Counted from the first letter of the stretch, positions 48,879 to 58,534 are shown. The stretch: 64,000 nt of DNA from Lentibacter sp. (GCA_016744435.1 JADGEJ010000009.1:620-64619); one strand, 5' to 3'. Numbers and translations are program-made. The notes: a model not told the origin generated them from the letters alone.

Positions 48879-50873
48879 TTAGAACGTCTTCGCCAAAGTG
48901 AACTTGAAGTTTCGGCCCGGGGCTGTGCGTGTCGCGAGGTGTGGCGTGTATTCCTTGTCGAACACATTCTCGACGCCAAAACGCAACTCTGCTCCTTCAA
49001 GTATACCAGTTTGCGGCTTATACGTTGCACGCAGGTTATGGGTCACGTTTGAAGCACTCGGCGTTGAAGCGCGTGTCATCTTCTTGTTCGCGACAACTTC
49101 CCAGCTCAGGTCAAGCTCTTCGTCCCACTTTTTACCAACGGTCAGGCGAAGTTGATCAGCAGGGATACCTCTCCAGTCGCCACCGGGGGCCGGTGAAACG
49201 TACTTACCGCGCTGGATGTTCGCATTCAGATCAAAGTAGAGACCTGACGCCATGCTATACGCGGCTTCAAGCTCAAGGCCTTCCATCTCGGCGGAGCCAA
49301 GTGAGGCAAACGAGCCCGGAACGTTGTAGGAGGTGATGTCCCAGAACTTCGTTTTGTAGATGTTGGCTTTGAAGGCCAAGTCATCGCCTTCCGTGAACAC
49401 TTCGACATTGTCGTATGAGAAGCCAAGCTCAAAAGTCGTCGCCTTTTCACTTTGGGTCATTTTTGTTGGTGACCCCATATCGTCGATGATCGGCATGCTT
49501 TCGGTGTAGGCTGCCGAGCCGAACACACCAAAACCGTTGTCAAACTTGTAGAACGCCGACACGCCGCCCATCAGAGCATCATTGCTATACGATACAGTGC
49601 CGTCACCAATCGACTGGCTCTCATAGCGCAATGCAGGTGTTAACGTGAGGCGATCACCGATGGACATATCGTCAACAACAAAGAGCGCGATACGGTCATC
49701 TGTCCCGCCGGGGGCAGAAGCCGCACCAAGACGTTTTTTGCGTTTGAACTCCACACCAGTGCGCAGGTCGTGCGAGACAGTGCCTGTCACGAACTCAGCC
49801 GTGTTTTTGACAGTAAGTTTGGTCGTCTCATAGCGGTGGTCTGCTTCAACCAGCGGCTCAAGGAAAGGCCAGCTAAAGCCGCCCTCAAGTGGCGAGCTGC
49901 CTGAGACATAACTTTGATCAATTTTCTGATCACCGTAGGAAAGTTTTACATCAATGTCGATCAGGTCATTGTCGAGTGGGTTGTAGTTGTAGCCCAGTGT
50001 CGCGGTGCGCGAATGTGTCTGCCTGTCAACATTACCAAAGCTGCCGCCCGTTGTTTGGAACGAGTCGTAAGGAACATCTTTGGCGTCCGAGTTCGTGTCT
50101 GTCATTGAAAAGCCGACTGAATGGTCGCCATCGCCAAATGTTTTCTTTGCTTTGATCTGCCAGCTTGGCAACGAGAATGCCGAATTGCCTATCGTGTTGC
50201 CAGCGCCGTCAACTTGGTCGTCTTGGGTTGTGTAGGTGTAGTTCCCCAGAACTTCGAAGTCTTCGGTAACCTGCCAAGCAAAGATTGACGAGCTGGAAAT
50301 ACCACTGCCATTGCTTGAGAACTGCATGCTTTGACGGAGCTTAAAGCCAGGAACGCCGCCTGTGAAATCAGACGCATCCTTTGTTTGCAGCCGCACCATG
50401 CCACCGATAGCGCCTGAGCCGTACTCAAACGTGCCGGCCATACCGCGGACAACATCAACTGTCTTGTAAAGCGCTGGGTCGGTGTAGAGTTGTGTGCCGA
50501 TCCGGTAGAGTTCTTCCGCGCCAACGTCGGCGTCATCCACCTGAATGATGACCTTCTGGTCAGAGCCGTAAGTTGAGTTTGATCCAAAGCCGCGAATGTT
50601 GATGCCCGAGCCTTGCGGCGTCTGGCCGTTGATCAGCGTGACACCAGGGATCGAGTCTACCAGTTCAGCAACGGTGCTGGCTTGGCGGTCGTCCATTTCG
50701 GACTGATCAACCGTGGTCGCGGCGGTCGCTGTGTCCGTCTGGACCTCGCGTTTGGTTTTGCCGAGGATAACCTCATCGAGGTCGGTGGCGTTGTCTTGCG
50801 CAAAGACCGGCATTGTCAGAAGCACAGCTGTGCTGCTCCACAATGTGGCTTTCGCGAATCTCTGAATTCGCAT
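48879..50873 (-). CDS. hmuR: TonB-dependent outer-membrane heme/hemoglobin receptor
   Basis: Signal peptide, a plug domain (TonB-box-like DEVILGKT), and a beta-barrel ending in FKFTLAKTF. I chose the ATG at 50873 because a GGAAGGGA RBS lies upstream; the track starts at TTG 50888. Confidence 0.85.
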   Translation of the reverse strand: MRIQRFAKATLWSSTAVLLTMPVFAQDNATDLDEVILGKTKREVQTDTATAATTVDQSEMDDRQASTVAELVDSIPGVTLINGQTPQGSGINIRGFGSNSTYGSDQKVIIQVDDADVGAEELYRIGTQLYTDPALYKTVDVVRGMAGTFEYGSGAIGGMVRLQTKDASDFTGGVPGFKLRQSMQFSSNGSGISSSSIFAWQVTEDFEVLGNYTYTTQDDQVDGAGNTIGNSAFSLPSWQIKAKKTFGDGDHSVGFSMTDTNSDAKDVPYDSFQTTGGSFGNVDRQTHSRTATLGYNYNPLDNDLIDIDVKLSYGDQKIDQSYVSGSSPLEGGFSWPFLEPLVEADHRYETTKLTVKNTAEFVTGTVSHDLRTGVEFKRKKRLGAASAPGGTDDRIALFVVDDMSIGDRLTLTPALRYESQSIGDGTVSYSNDALMGGVSAFYKFDNGFGVFGSAAYTESMPIIDDMGSPTKMTQSEKATTFELGFSYDNVEVFTEGDDLAFKANIYKTKFWDITSYNVPGSFASLGSAEMEGLELEAAYSMASGLYFDLNANIQRGKYVSPAPGGDWRGIPADQLRLTVGKKWDEELDLSWEVVANKKMTRASTPSASNVTHNLRATYKPQTGILEGAELRFGVENVFDKEYTPHLATRTAPGRNFKFTLAKTF

Positions 50874-50974
50874 GAGAGTCCCTTCCAAATCCTAACGAAA
50901 TAAGGCTGGCGGGAGGCTGGCGCTTCGTTGTATCGCGCCCGTTTCATCGGGCAATGCGGGTTTGCTATTGATCC

Positions 50975-50989
50975 TGACTGTTTTTGTCA
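50975..50989. promoter_or_regulatory. Iron-responsive operator-like motif (TGA-N9-TCA; TGACTGTTTTTGTCA)
   Basis: It lies in the divergent hmuR/hmuS intergenic region. Its reverse complement, TGACAAAAACAGTCA, matches the two boxes upstream of hemP at 14/15 and 13/15 positions. Confidence 0.55.
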
Positions 50990-51088
50990 ATATTAACAAA
51001 TTCAGGAAATCAGGCGCACCAGCAAGCTGTATCTTCAAAGATACACAGCCAGACGCACCCCCCAATTCGTATCAAAAGGAGAGCTCAC

Positions 51089-52153
51089 GTGGGAGCGACT
51101 ACAGCTATTTCGGCAGACAAAATAAAGGCTGCACGCCTAGAAGAGCCAAAGATGCGCGACCGTGACTTCGCAGACAAATTCGGGATCTCCGAAGGCCAGC
51201 TTGTTGCGGCTCATGTCGGCGAAGATGCCGGCGAAAACGCGACGCGAATCACGGCAGACATGGATGTTCTCATGCCGGCTCTCACGCGACTTGGCGAAGT
51301 GATGGCGCTGACACGCAACGAAAGCTGCGTGATCGAAAAAATTGGCGTTTATGACAAGTTCCGCAGCGGCGAGCATGCTTGCCTGATCGTCAATGGCGAG
51401 ATGGACCTGCGGATGTTCCCCAAACACTGGAAGCATGCTTTCGCGATCGAGCATGAAACCGACAAGGGCATTCGCCGCACCATTCAGGTGTTTGATGCAG
51501 CGGGGGACGCTGTGCACAAAGTGTTCATGCGCGAAGGCTCAAACCATGACGCTTGGGCTGATGTCGTTAAAGAGCTGCGCATCGACGATCAGAGCGACAC
51601 GCTCGTTGTCGAGCCGCGCGCGCCTGTCGAAGACGCTAAGGGCGACCCGGAGCAAGCCCAAAGGTTGCGCGACAAGTGGGACAAGATGACAGACACCCAT
51701 CAGTTCTTGATGATGACGCGCAAGCTCAAGTTCAACCGTCTGGGCGCGTACCGTGTGGCTGGCGAAAAATATGCCCGCAAGCTTGATCCAAAGGCAGTGG
51801 AGCCTCTGCTGCACAAGGCCGCAGAAAAAGACGTTCCGATCATGGTTTTTGTCGGCAATATGGGCTGCATCGAAATCCACACAGGGCCGATCAAACGCGT
51901 GGTCGAGATGGGGCCTTGGATCAATGTGCTTGATCCGGGTTTTGATTTGCACCTGCGCAAAGACCACATCACCGAAGTTTATGCTGTCCGAAAGCAAACC
52001 AAACGCGGTGACGCGATCTCGGTAGAAGCCTTTGGTGCCGACGGCGCTTTGATCACTCAAATGTTCGGCGTGCTGGCCGAAGAAGGGGCCGCCGAAAAGT
52101 GGAACGCCCTTGTTGCCGAGCTTCCCGGTGCAGAAGCGGATGCTGCGTCATGA
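51089..52153 (+). CDS. hmuS: Hemin-degrading/transport protein (HmuS/ChuS/ShuS family)
   Basis: 354 aa counted from the GTG at 51089, with an AAGGAGAG RBS upstream. A duplicated HemS-type domain is present, and the gene sits upstream of hmuTUV. Confidence 0.8.
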   Translation: MGATTAISADKIKAARLEEPKMRDRDFADKFGISEGQLVAAHVGEDAGENATRITADMDVLMPALTRLGEVMALTRNESCVIEKIGVYDKFRSGEHACLIVNGEMDLRMFPKHWKHAFAIEHETDKGIRRTIQVFDAAGDAVHKVFMREGSNHDAWADVVKELRIDDQSDTLVVEPRAPVEDAKGDPEQAQRLRDKWDKMTDTHQFLMMTRKLKFNRLGAYRVAGEKYARKLDPKAVEPLLHKAAEKDVPIMVFVGNMGCIEIHTGPIKRVVEMGPWINVLDPGFDLHLRKDHITEVYAVRKQTKRGDAISVEAFGADGALITQMFGVLAEEGAAEKWNALVAELPGAEADAAS

Positions 52154-53019
52154 CCAAGCTACACCCGTTTTTCTGGATGCAAATTGCGTTGAGCTTCGTA
52201 GTCTTTTGCGTGATCGCGACGTCTGCCATCGCCGAAGAGAAGCCAAGCCGGATTGTCTCGGTTGGCGGCTCGATCACCGAGATCATTTATGCTTTGGGCG
52301 AGGAGGGCCGCCTCGTTGCGCGTGATACCACGTCGAACTACCCCGCAGAAGCCAACGCGCTGCCTGACGTCGGCTACATCCGTCGTCTGTCGCCCGAAGG
52401 GCTTTTGTCAGTCAATCCCGACTTGATTATCGCACGCGAAGGTTCAGGCCCGCCGGAAACTGTCGAGCTGATCCGCGAGGCCTCAATCAACATGGTCGAA
52501 ATCCCACATCAGTTCACGGCTGAGGGGATTGTTCTAAAGATCAACTTGGTCGCCGATGCGCTCGGCGTGCCTGAAAAGGGCAAGGTTCTGGCTGACAAAG
52601 TGGCGGCTGATCTTGCGGCAGCGCGTGCCGCCGTCAAAGCTGATGAGCCCAAGCGCGTGTTGTTTATCCTGTCAATGACGGGCGGCAACATCATGGCCGC
52701 GGGGGACAAAACGTCAGCCCAAGCGCTTATTGAGCTTGCAGGCGGTGTGAATGCGCTGGAGGGCGTGGAAGGCTTCAAGCCGCTTACGCCTGAGGCGGTC
52801 TCTTTAAGCAACCCTGACGTGATCCTCGTGATGGATCGCGAGGGCGACCACGAGATCAGCAAAGAAGACATCGTCACGCACCCTGCACTCGCCTCAACGC
52901 CCGCCGCGCTCAATGGGGCGCTTGTCAAGCTTGACGGCATGCTGATGCTCGGGTTCTCTGTTCGCACAGCCGAGGCTGTCACAGCGCTTTCCCAAGCGCT
53001 CATGAGCACTGGAAGCTAA
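52150..53019 (+). CDS. hmuT: Hemin ABC transporter periplasmic binding protein
   Basis: The start overlaps the hmuS stop as ATGA. Signal peptide plus RIVSVGGSITEIIYALG, a class III (FecB-like) SBP pattern. Confidence 0.85.
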   Translation: MTKLHPFFWMQIALSFVVFCVIATSAIAEEKPSRIVSVGGSITEIIYALGEEGRLVARDTTSNYPAEANALPDVGYIRRLSPEGLLSVNPDLIIAREGSGPPETVELIREASINMVEIPHQFTAEGIVLKINLVADALGVPEKGKVLADKVAADLAAARAAVKADEPKRVLFILSMTGGNIMAAGDKTSAQALIELAGGVNALEGVEGFKPLTPEAVSLSNPDVILVMDREGDHEISKEDIVTHPALASTPAALNGALVKLDGMLMLGFSVRTAEAVTALSQALMSTGS

Positions 53020-53022
53020 GTC

Positions 53023-54102
53023 ATGAGCCTTGCACTGCAAGATACCGTTTCACAGCCGAAATTGGCTGGTGACAGAACACACCGCGCACGCCAACTTACG
53101 TGGTTACTGGCGCTCGGGCTTGTTGGCGCGATGCTGCTCAGCCTTGCAGTTGGGGCTTCAGGCGCGTCGCTTTGGGACGGTGTGTTTGACCTTGCGATGG
53201 GGCGTGAGCTGTCCTTGCGCGACAGCATCATCCTGTTCGAGATCCGCTTACCACGCACCATCATGGGCGTCTTGGTTGGCGCGGCTCTGGCGGTGTCGGG
53301 GGCCGTAATGCAGGGTTTATTCAGAAACCCGCTAGCTGATCCGGGGCTTGTTGGCGTCAGCGCCGGCGCGGGGCTCGGTGCGATCATCGCGATCGTGCTT
53401 GGCGGGATGCTCCCCGCCGCGATACAGGCCGCTGTCGGCTACTATCTCGTCCCGCTTGCCGCCTTTGTTGGCAGCTGGTTTACGACGATCTTGCTCTACC
53501 AGATATCAACTCGCAAGGGGCGCACCTCTGTCGCAACCATGCTGCTTGCAGGCATCGCACTGGGGGCACTTACAGGCGCTCTCTCAGGCATGCTTGTTTA
53601 CATGGCTGACGACGCGCAGCTGCGCAAACTGACGTTCTGGGGCATGGGCTCGCTTGCGGGCGCGACGTGGTCGAAAGTGCTCGCCGCATCGCCGCTGATC
53701 GTGATTGCGCTCAGTGTTTCGCCTTTCCTTGCGCGGGGCCTGAACGGGCTTGCCTTGGGGGAGGCTGCTGCGTCGCATATGGGCATTCCTGTGCAGATCA
53801 CCAAGAACGCCGCGATCCTTATGGTTGCGGGGGCGACAGGGGCCGCCGTTGCCGTCAGTGGCGGCATCGGCTTTGTCGGCCTTGTCGTGCCCCACCTGCT
53901 GCGCCTTCTCGTCGGGCCTGACCACAAATACCTCCTGTTAAACTCGGCTCTGCTTGGCGCGGCCTTGCTGCTGCTCGCCGATGTGATCAGCCGCATCATC
54001 ATCTCTCCCGCTGAGCTGCCTATCGGTATTGTCACGGCGACGCTGGGTGGGCCGTTCTTCCTCTGGATTTTGCTGCGTCAGCGCGGCCTGTTGGACATGT
54101 AG
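53023..54102 (+). CDS. hmuU: Hemin ABC transporter permease (FecCD family)
   Basis: 359 aa with about 9-10 TM and a FecCD pattern (RLPRTIMGVLVGAALAVSGAVMQGLFRNPLADPGL). Confidence 0.88.
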   Translation: MSLALQDTVSQPKLAGDRTHRARQLTWLLALGLVGAMLLSLAVGASGASLWDGVFDLAMGRELSLRDSIILFEIRLPRTIMGVLVGAALAVSGAVMQGLFRNPLADPGLVGVSAGAGLGAIIAIVLGGMLPAAIQAAVGYYLVPLAAFVGSWFTTILLYQISTRKGRTSVATMLLAGIALGALTGALSGMLVYMADDAQLRKLTFWGMGSLAGATWSKVLAASPLIVIALSVSPFLARGLNGLALGEAAASHMGIPVQITKNAAILMVAGATGAAVAVSGGIGFVGLVVPHLLRLLVGPDHKYLLLNSALLGAALLLLADVISRIIISPAELPIGIVTATLGGPFFLWILLRQRGLLDM

Positions 54103-54105
54103 GCC

Positions 54106-54891
54106 ATGCTGAAAGCTCAAGATATCACCGTCAAACTTGGCAGGGTCGAAATCCTGCATAACGTTTCTTTCGAAGCGCATCCGGGTCAGCTTACAGCGAT
54201 CGTTGGGCCAAATGGCTCGGGTAAAACAACGCTGTTGCGCGCCATGACCGGCGACATTGAATACAGCGGTCAAGTCACTCTCAACGGCCGTGACATCAAG
54301 ACCGCCCGCGCCTGGGAGCTTGCTTCTGAGCGCGCAGTGCTGCCGCAAGCCACGCCGCTGGCCTTCCCCTTTACGGTGCACGAAGTTGTTCGGCTTGGCC
54401 TCACCAATGGCGTGGCTGCTGACAAAGCGGGCTTGGTTTTGCGTGCGTTGCAGCGCGTTGGGCTTGCGGGCTTTGAAGGCCGCTTTTACCAAGAGCTGTC
54501 AGGCGGCGAGCAGCAGCGTGTGCAACTGGCGCGCGTGCTGTCGCAAGTCTGGGAGCCTGTCGCCGAGAACACCCCGCGCTGGTTGTTTCTTGATGAGCCT
54601 GTTTCGGCGCTCGACATAGGCCACCAGTTGCAAGTGATGCAGATCGCGAAAAACTATGCCGATGCAGGCGGCGGCGTTATCGCCGTGATGCACGACCTCA
54701 ACCTCACGGCCATGTTTGCCGACAGCATCGCCCTCATCAGCGAAGGGAGTGTGCTGTGTCAGGCTGCACCTGAAACGGTGCTTCAAGATGCACTTCTCAG
54801 CCGCGCCTACCAATGCACGGTGCGCGTAAACACCCCACCTGCAAATGGCACATATCTGCTGCCTCACGCGGCCTCGGTTGCGGCGGAATGA
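54106..54891 (+). CDS. hmuV: Hemin ABC transporter ATP-binding protein
   Basis: Walker A GPNGSGKTT, signature LSGGEQQRV, Walker B LFLDEP. Confidence 0.88.
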   Translation: MLKAQDITVKLGRVEILHNVSFEAHPGQLTAIVGPNGSGKTTLLRAMTGDIEYSGQVTLNGRDIKTARAWELASERAVLPQATPLAFPFTVHEVVRLGLTNGVAADKAGLVLRALQRVGLAGFEGRFYQELSGGEQQRVQLARVLSQVWEPVAENTPRWLFLDEPVSALDIGHQLQVMQIAKNYADAGGGVIAVMHDLNLTAMFADSIALISEGSVLCQAAPETVLQDALLSRAYQCTVRVNTPPANGTYLLPHAASVAAE

Positions 54892-54892
54892 T

Positions 54893-55279
54893 ATGCTAGA
54901 CCTAGAGGCACTTCCTATCCTTCTGACACCCGATATCGCGGCAACGCGTGCCTTCGGGCACGAGGCTGGCTTTGACGTTGAGCTTGCCACGCCAGACTAT
55001 CTGATCTTTCGTGGCTATGGCATCGAGTTGCACTACGCCCTCACGACACGGCCTGAAGTTTGCGGCGAGACAAGCTGCTACATTCGCGGCGGTGGTATCC
55101 TGCTCTTGTTTGAAGAGCTCATGATCAGAGATATCGCGAACCTCTCAGAGATCAGCTCGCGGCCTTGGGGAATGACGGAGTTCTACCTGAATGACCCGCA
55201 CGGCAATCTGCTCAAGTTCGGGATGAGCACTGACGAGCTACCCATAACACACCATCACTTGAAGGAGCCCTCAACATGA
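54893..55279 (+). CDS. VOC (glyoxalase/bleomycin-resistance fold) protein
   Basis: 128 aa counted from the ATG at 54893, 1 nt after the hmuV stop. The C-terminal PWGMTEFYLNDPHGNLLKFG is typical of bleomycin-resistance/VOC proteins. Its stop overlaps the exbB ATG. Confidence 0.6.
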   Translation: MLDLEALPILLTPDIAATRAFGHEAGFDVELATPDYLIFRGYGIELHYALTTRPEVCGETSCYIRGGGILLLFEELMIRDIANLSEISSRPWGMTEFYLNDPHGNLLKFGMSTDELPITHHHLKEPST

Positions 55280-55950
55280 ATGCTGATCTGACTGCGCGAA
55301 TGGTAGGCGCTCTGGACTTCCTCATAAAAGGCGGCCCGGCCATATGGGCGATTGCTGCCTTGTCAGTTATCACGCTGGCTTTGATCTTGTTCAAGATCTG
55401 GCGCCTTGCGTTGCTCGGAGCCTGGGCGAAAAACAAGACGGCGCGCGCGGTCACCCTATGGGAAGCCGGAGACGTGAAAGGCGCGAAGGCGCTGATAGCA
55501 AACCGTCGCTCAATGCGGGCCATCGTGGTGCGCACAGCGTTTGAAGCGCGCACATCCGAGAGCTTCACCGATGCCGAAGCGCGAGAGGAAATCGCCCGCG
55601 TTGCCAAGAACACGCTCGCCAGTGCGCGCACTGGCTTGCGTGGCCTCGATTTGATCGCCACCATCGCGCCACTGCTCGGCCTGCTCGGCACAGTTCTCGG
55701 GATGATTGAAGCCTTCCAAGCCCTGCAAGACGCGGGCTCGCGAGCAGACCCTGCAGCTTTGGCAGGCGGCATCTGGGAAGCCCTCCTGACAACGGCGGCG
55801 GGCATGGCTGTGGCTATCCCTGCGGGTATTGCGCTGACTTGGTTTGAAAGCGTTATCGACCGCTCGCAAAGAGACATGGAAGACAGCATAACGCGGGTTC
55901 TGACACGCCATCCCAAGACAACAACAGAAGTCTTGAAAGCAGCTGAGTAG
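55276..55950 (+). CDS. exbB: MotA/TolQ/ExbB proton-channel protein
   Basis: Three TM helices and the conserved LGLLGTVLGMIEAF and AGGIWEALLTTAAGM. Confidence 0.88.
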   Translation: MNADLTARMVGALDFLIKGGPAIWAIAALSVITLALILFKIWRLALLGAWAKNKTARAVTLWEAGDVKGAKALIANRRSMRAIVVRTAFEARTSESFTDAEAREEIARVAKNTLASARTGLRGLDLIATIAPLLGLLGTVLGMIEAFQALQDAGSRADPAALAGGIWEALLTTAAGMAVAIPAGIALTWFESVIDRSQRDMEDSITRVLTRHPKTTTEVLKAAE

Positions 55951-55954
55951 CCCT

Positions 55955-56332
55955 ATGCAGCTCGGCCCTTCCCCCAAACGGCGCAAACCCAGCCTCACGC
56001 CGATGATCGACGTGGTGTTCCTCTTGTTGGTGTTCTTTATGCTGGCTTCGCGGTTTGGGCAGGACGTCGAGATCAACCTGCCTCTGACGGCGGCTTCCAA
56101 CAAGCCTTACACCGGCCCGCCGAGGCTGATAGAAGTCCTGCCAACAAGGGTGAAGCTGAACGGCGTTGAGCTTGCCCCCGATGTGTTGGTCGCCGAGATT
56201 GGGCAAATGATGCTGTCTCACACTGACGCGATCATCCTCAGGCCGCGTGAGGAAGCCGAGTTGCAGCGCATTGTCGAAGTGATGGAACTGCTTGCAAAAG
56301 CGGGTTACGAAACCCTTGTGTTGGTAGAATGA
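55955..56332 (+). CDS. exbD: ExbD/TolR family protein (copy 1)
   Basis: LTPMIDVVFLLLVFFM N-terminal TM helix plus a periplasmic domain. Confidence 0.85.
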   Translation: MQLGPSPKRRKPSLTPMIDVVFLLLVFFMLASRFGQDVEINLPLTAASNKPYTGPPRLIEVLPTRVKLNGVELAPDVLVAEIGQMMLSHTDAIILRPREEAELQRIVEVMELLAKAGYETLVLVE

Positions 56333-56715
56333 GCATGGACCTGTCCCCCCTTGCCAAGCGCGAGACCCGCGAAAGCGTCGTTCCGATGATCAACGTGGTG
56401 TTCCTGCTGCTGATCTTCTTTTTGATGACCGCGCAAATAGCCCCGCCCGAGCCGTTTGAAGTGACACCCCCGCAGTCAGGCGCCGAGGCCCCCGCCGAAG
56501 GCAAGCGCATATTATATATTTCCGCGAGCGGAGAGCTGGCGATGGACGAAAGGCGCGGCGATGCCGTGTTTGAGGGCTTGAGTGACCTTGGCGAGAACGA
56601 ACCGTTGATGGTCAGGGCGGATCAGGCCCTCAAAGCCAGCGAAATCGCAAAGCTCTTGCCCAAGCTCGCCAGTTATGGCGTGCGTCAAGTCAAACTTGTG
56701 TCGAGATCGAGATAG
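56329..56715 (+). CDS. exbD: ExbD/TolR family protein (copy 2)
   Basis: VVPMINVVFLLLIFFLM. The start overlaps the stop of copy 1 as ATGA. Confidence 0.85.
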   Translation: MSMDLSPLAKRETRESVVPMINVVFLLLIFFLMTAQIAPPEPFEVTPPQSGAEAPAEGKRILYISASGELAMDERRGDAVFEGLSDLGENEPLMVRADQALKASEIAKLLPKLASYGVRQVKLVSRSR

Positions 56716-56718
56716 CTC

Positions 56719-57591
56719 ATGCGCGCATTATTTGAAGTCATTTCATTCGGTGCCATTGCGCTGGCGGCGCATCTGGCTATCTGGCCGGCGCCAGACGAGG
56801 CCTCGTTGGAAAGCGCAGGCAGCGAGGGCGAAGAGCTCCTGACAATCAGCGCATCCAGCGCTTCTGTCGCACAGATGGTTGAGATATGGGACAAGCCACC
56901 AGAAGTTGCTGAAGCTATCGAGCCAGACATTGCACCACCCGAGACACCAGAGATGCAGCCAGCTGTTTTGCCGCAGCCTCAGGCTTCTCAGGCGATGCCA
57001 ACGATCAAAATGCCTGAGTTGTCTCCCTCCGCCAATGCGCCTGCGCTTCCGACCTACGAAAAGCCGAAACCGAGGCCAGAGCCCGAACCGCCTAAGAAAG
57101 TCGAAAAACCCAAGCCGACACCAAAGCCAGCACCAAAAGCGGCACCTAAGCCTCGCAAAAAGGCGGCGGTACAGCCAAAGCCAAAGGCCGCTGCGCAGCC
57201 CAAGAAGCCAACGCGAGCTGCGAAGCAATCGACGGCGCGCAAGGCGCAAGGCACTGGTGGAAATCGAGCAAAAGGCAACAATCAGAGAGCCAAGACAGCG
57301 ACGCTCTCAAAATCAAAACGCAACTCTTTGTTGGGAAAATGGGGTGGCCAAATCCGCGCTCGCGTTGCGCGCCGCTCGCCTAGGGGTGTGGGGCGAGGCA
57401 AAGCCATTGTACGGATCACAGTCGCGGGAAGCGGCTCGTTGATTTCAGCCCGCCTTGCCAAGTCGTCAGGCAACAGCAAGATCGACAAGCTAGCGCTTCA
57501 AGCCGTTAAGAGCGCAGGCCGTTTTCCCGCCGCGCCAAAGCAGCTCCGGATTTCAAAGCACACTTTCAACCTTCCTATCGTTTCGAAGTAG
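56719..57591 (+). CDS. tonB: TonB energy transducer
   Basis: N-terminal TM helix, a Pro/Lys-rich spacer (PKPRPEPEPPKKVEKPKPTPKPAPK...), and a C-terminal TonB domain (GKAIVRITVAGSGSLISARLAKSSGNSKIDKLAL). Confidence 0.85.
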   Translation: MRALFEVISFGAIALAAHLAIWPAPDEASLESAGSEGEELLTISASSASVAQMVEIWDKPPEVAEAIEPDIAPPETPEMQPAVLPQPQASQAMPTIKMPELSPSANAPALPTYEKPKPRPEPEPPKKVEKPKPTPKPAPKAAPKPRKKAAVQPKPKAAAQPKKPTRAAKQSTARKAQGTGGNRAKGNNQRAKTATLSKSKRNSLLGKWGGQIRARVARRSPRGVGRGKAIVRITVAGSGSLISARLAKSSGNSKIDKLALQAVKSAGRFPAAPKQLRISKHTFNLPIVSK

Positions 57592-57593
57592 AA

Positions 57594-58505
57594 ATAAGGT
57601 CAGAACCTCATTTTCATACTCATTGGATCGCAACATCTGGGCGAGAAGGCTCTTTCGGGGCAGCCGAGGCGCGTTTTCCGTATTGGAGTTTTACCAAGGT
57701 CGTTATCGCAGTCTGTGCGCTCAAACTCGCCGAGAAAGGCACGGTTGAACTTGATGCCAAGGTGACGGGGCAGGCTTACACATTGCGTCAGCTTCTCGCG
57801 CATACGACAGGCCTGCCTGACTATGGCCAGTTTCCTGAATATGGCAAGGCTGTCAGCGCAGGTGAGGTCCCTTGGTCGCGACAGAAAATGCTCGATGTGG
57901 GGCTTTCAAAGGGAATGCTCTTTGAGCCAGAGCAGGGCTGGTCATATTCAAATATCGGTTACATGTTTGCGCGAGAGATACTCGAAGCCGCGTCAGGGCG
58001 AGGACTTGGGGAAATCGTGAATGAATTGGTTTGCGAGCCCTTGGGGCTTGTGAGCGTTGAGCTTGCGGAGACGCAAAAACAGTTTGCTCAGCTCCATTGG
58101 AGAGCAGCTGCAAATTATGACCCGAAGTGGGTTTATCACGGCTGCTTGATAGGCACAGCGCGAGATGCGGCCAAGCTGTTGCACGCGCTTTTCTCGGGCG
58201 AGCTGCTTTCGCAAGGATCCCTCAAATTGATGCTAGAGACGAGGTGGCTCGATGACATCACACCAAGGCAGCCTTGGGCTAGATGCGGATATGCCTTGGG
58301 TCTCATGGCGGGGGGCGTTGATGGGCTGGGCCGCTCTATCGGGCACTCGGGAGGAGGCCCGTTTAGCACGAATGCTGTTTATCACTTCCCTGATCTACCA
58401 GCCCCCATGACTGTCGCCTGCTTTACTCAAGGGATTGACGAAGGGATCGCGGAAGTTGAAGCGGTGAGACATGTGCAGGCCATACTTTACCAACAAAGTC
58501 GCTAG
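57594..58505 (+). pseudogene. Beta-lactamase/serine-hydrolase family gene, apparently 5'-truncated
   Basis: The frame is open from the tonB stop onward. The catalytic S-x-x-K (SFTK, 57687-57698) lies upstream of the first canonical start (GTG 57762). YSN and GHSGGG motifs lie downstream. At most 32 codons are available before the Ser, and none of them is ATG, GTG or TTG. Confidence 0.45.
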
Positions 58506-58534
58506 CCTTACGAGGCCTACTCAAGAGGTGGTTC

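Noticed and set aside
45272-48880. tRNA-Lys-adjacent segment considered as a bona fide integrative element or genomic island with att sites
   Set aside because: There is no integrase or excisionase. The only match to the tRNA 3' end that I found downstream is 7 nt (acggctc at 48694-48700), which is too short to call a direct repeat.
55212-55916. 234-aa minus-strand ORF
   Set aside because: It is antisense to exbB, which has conserved MotA/ExbB motifs. This is a shadow ORF.
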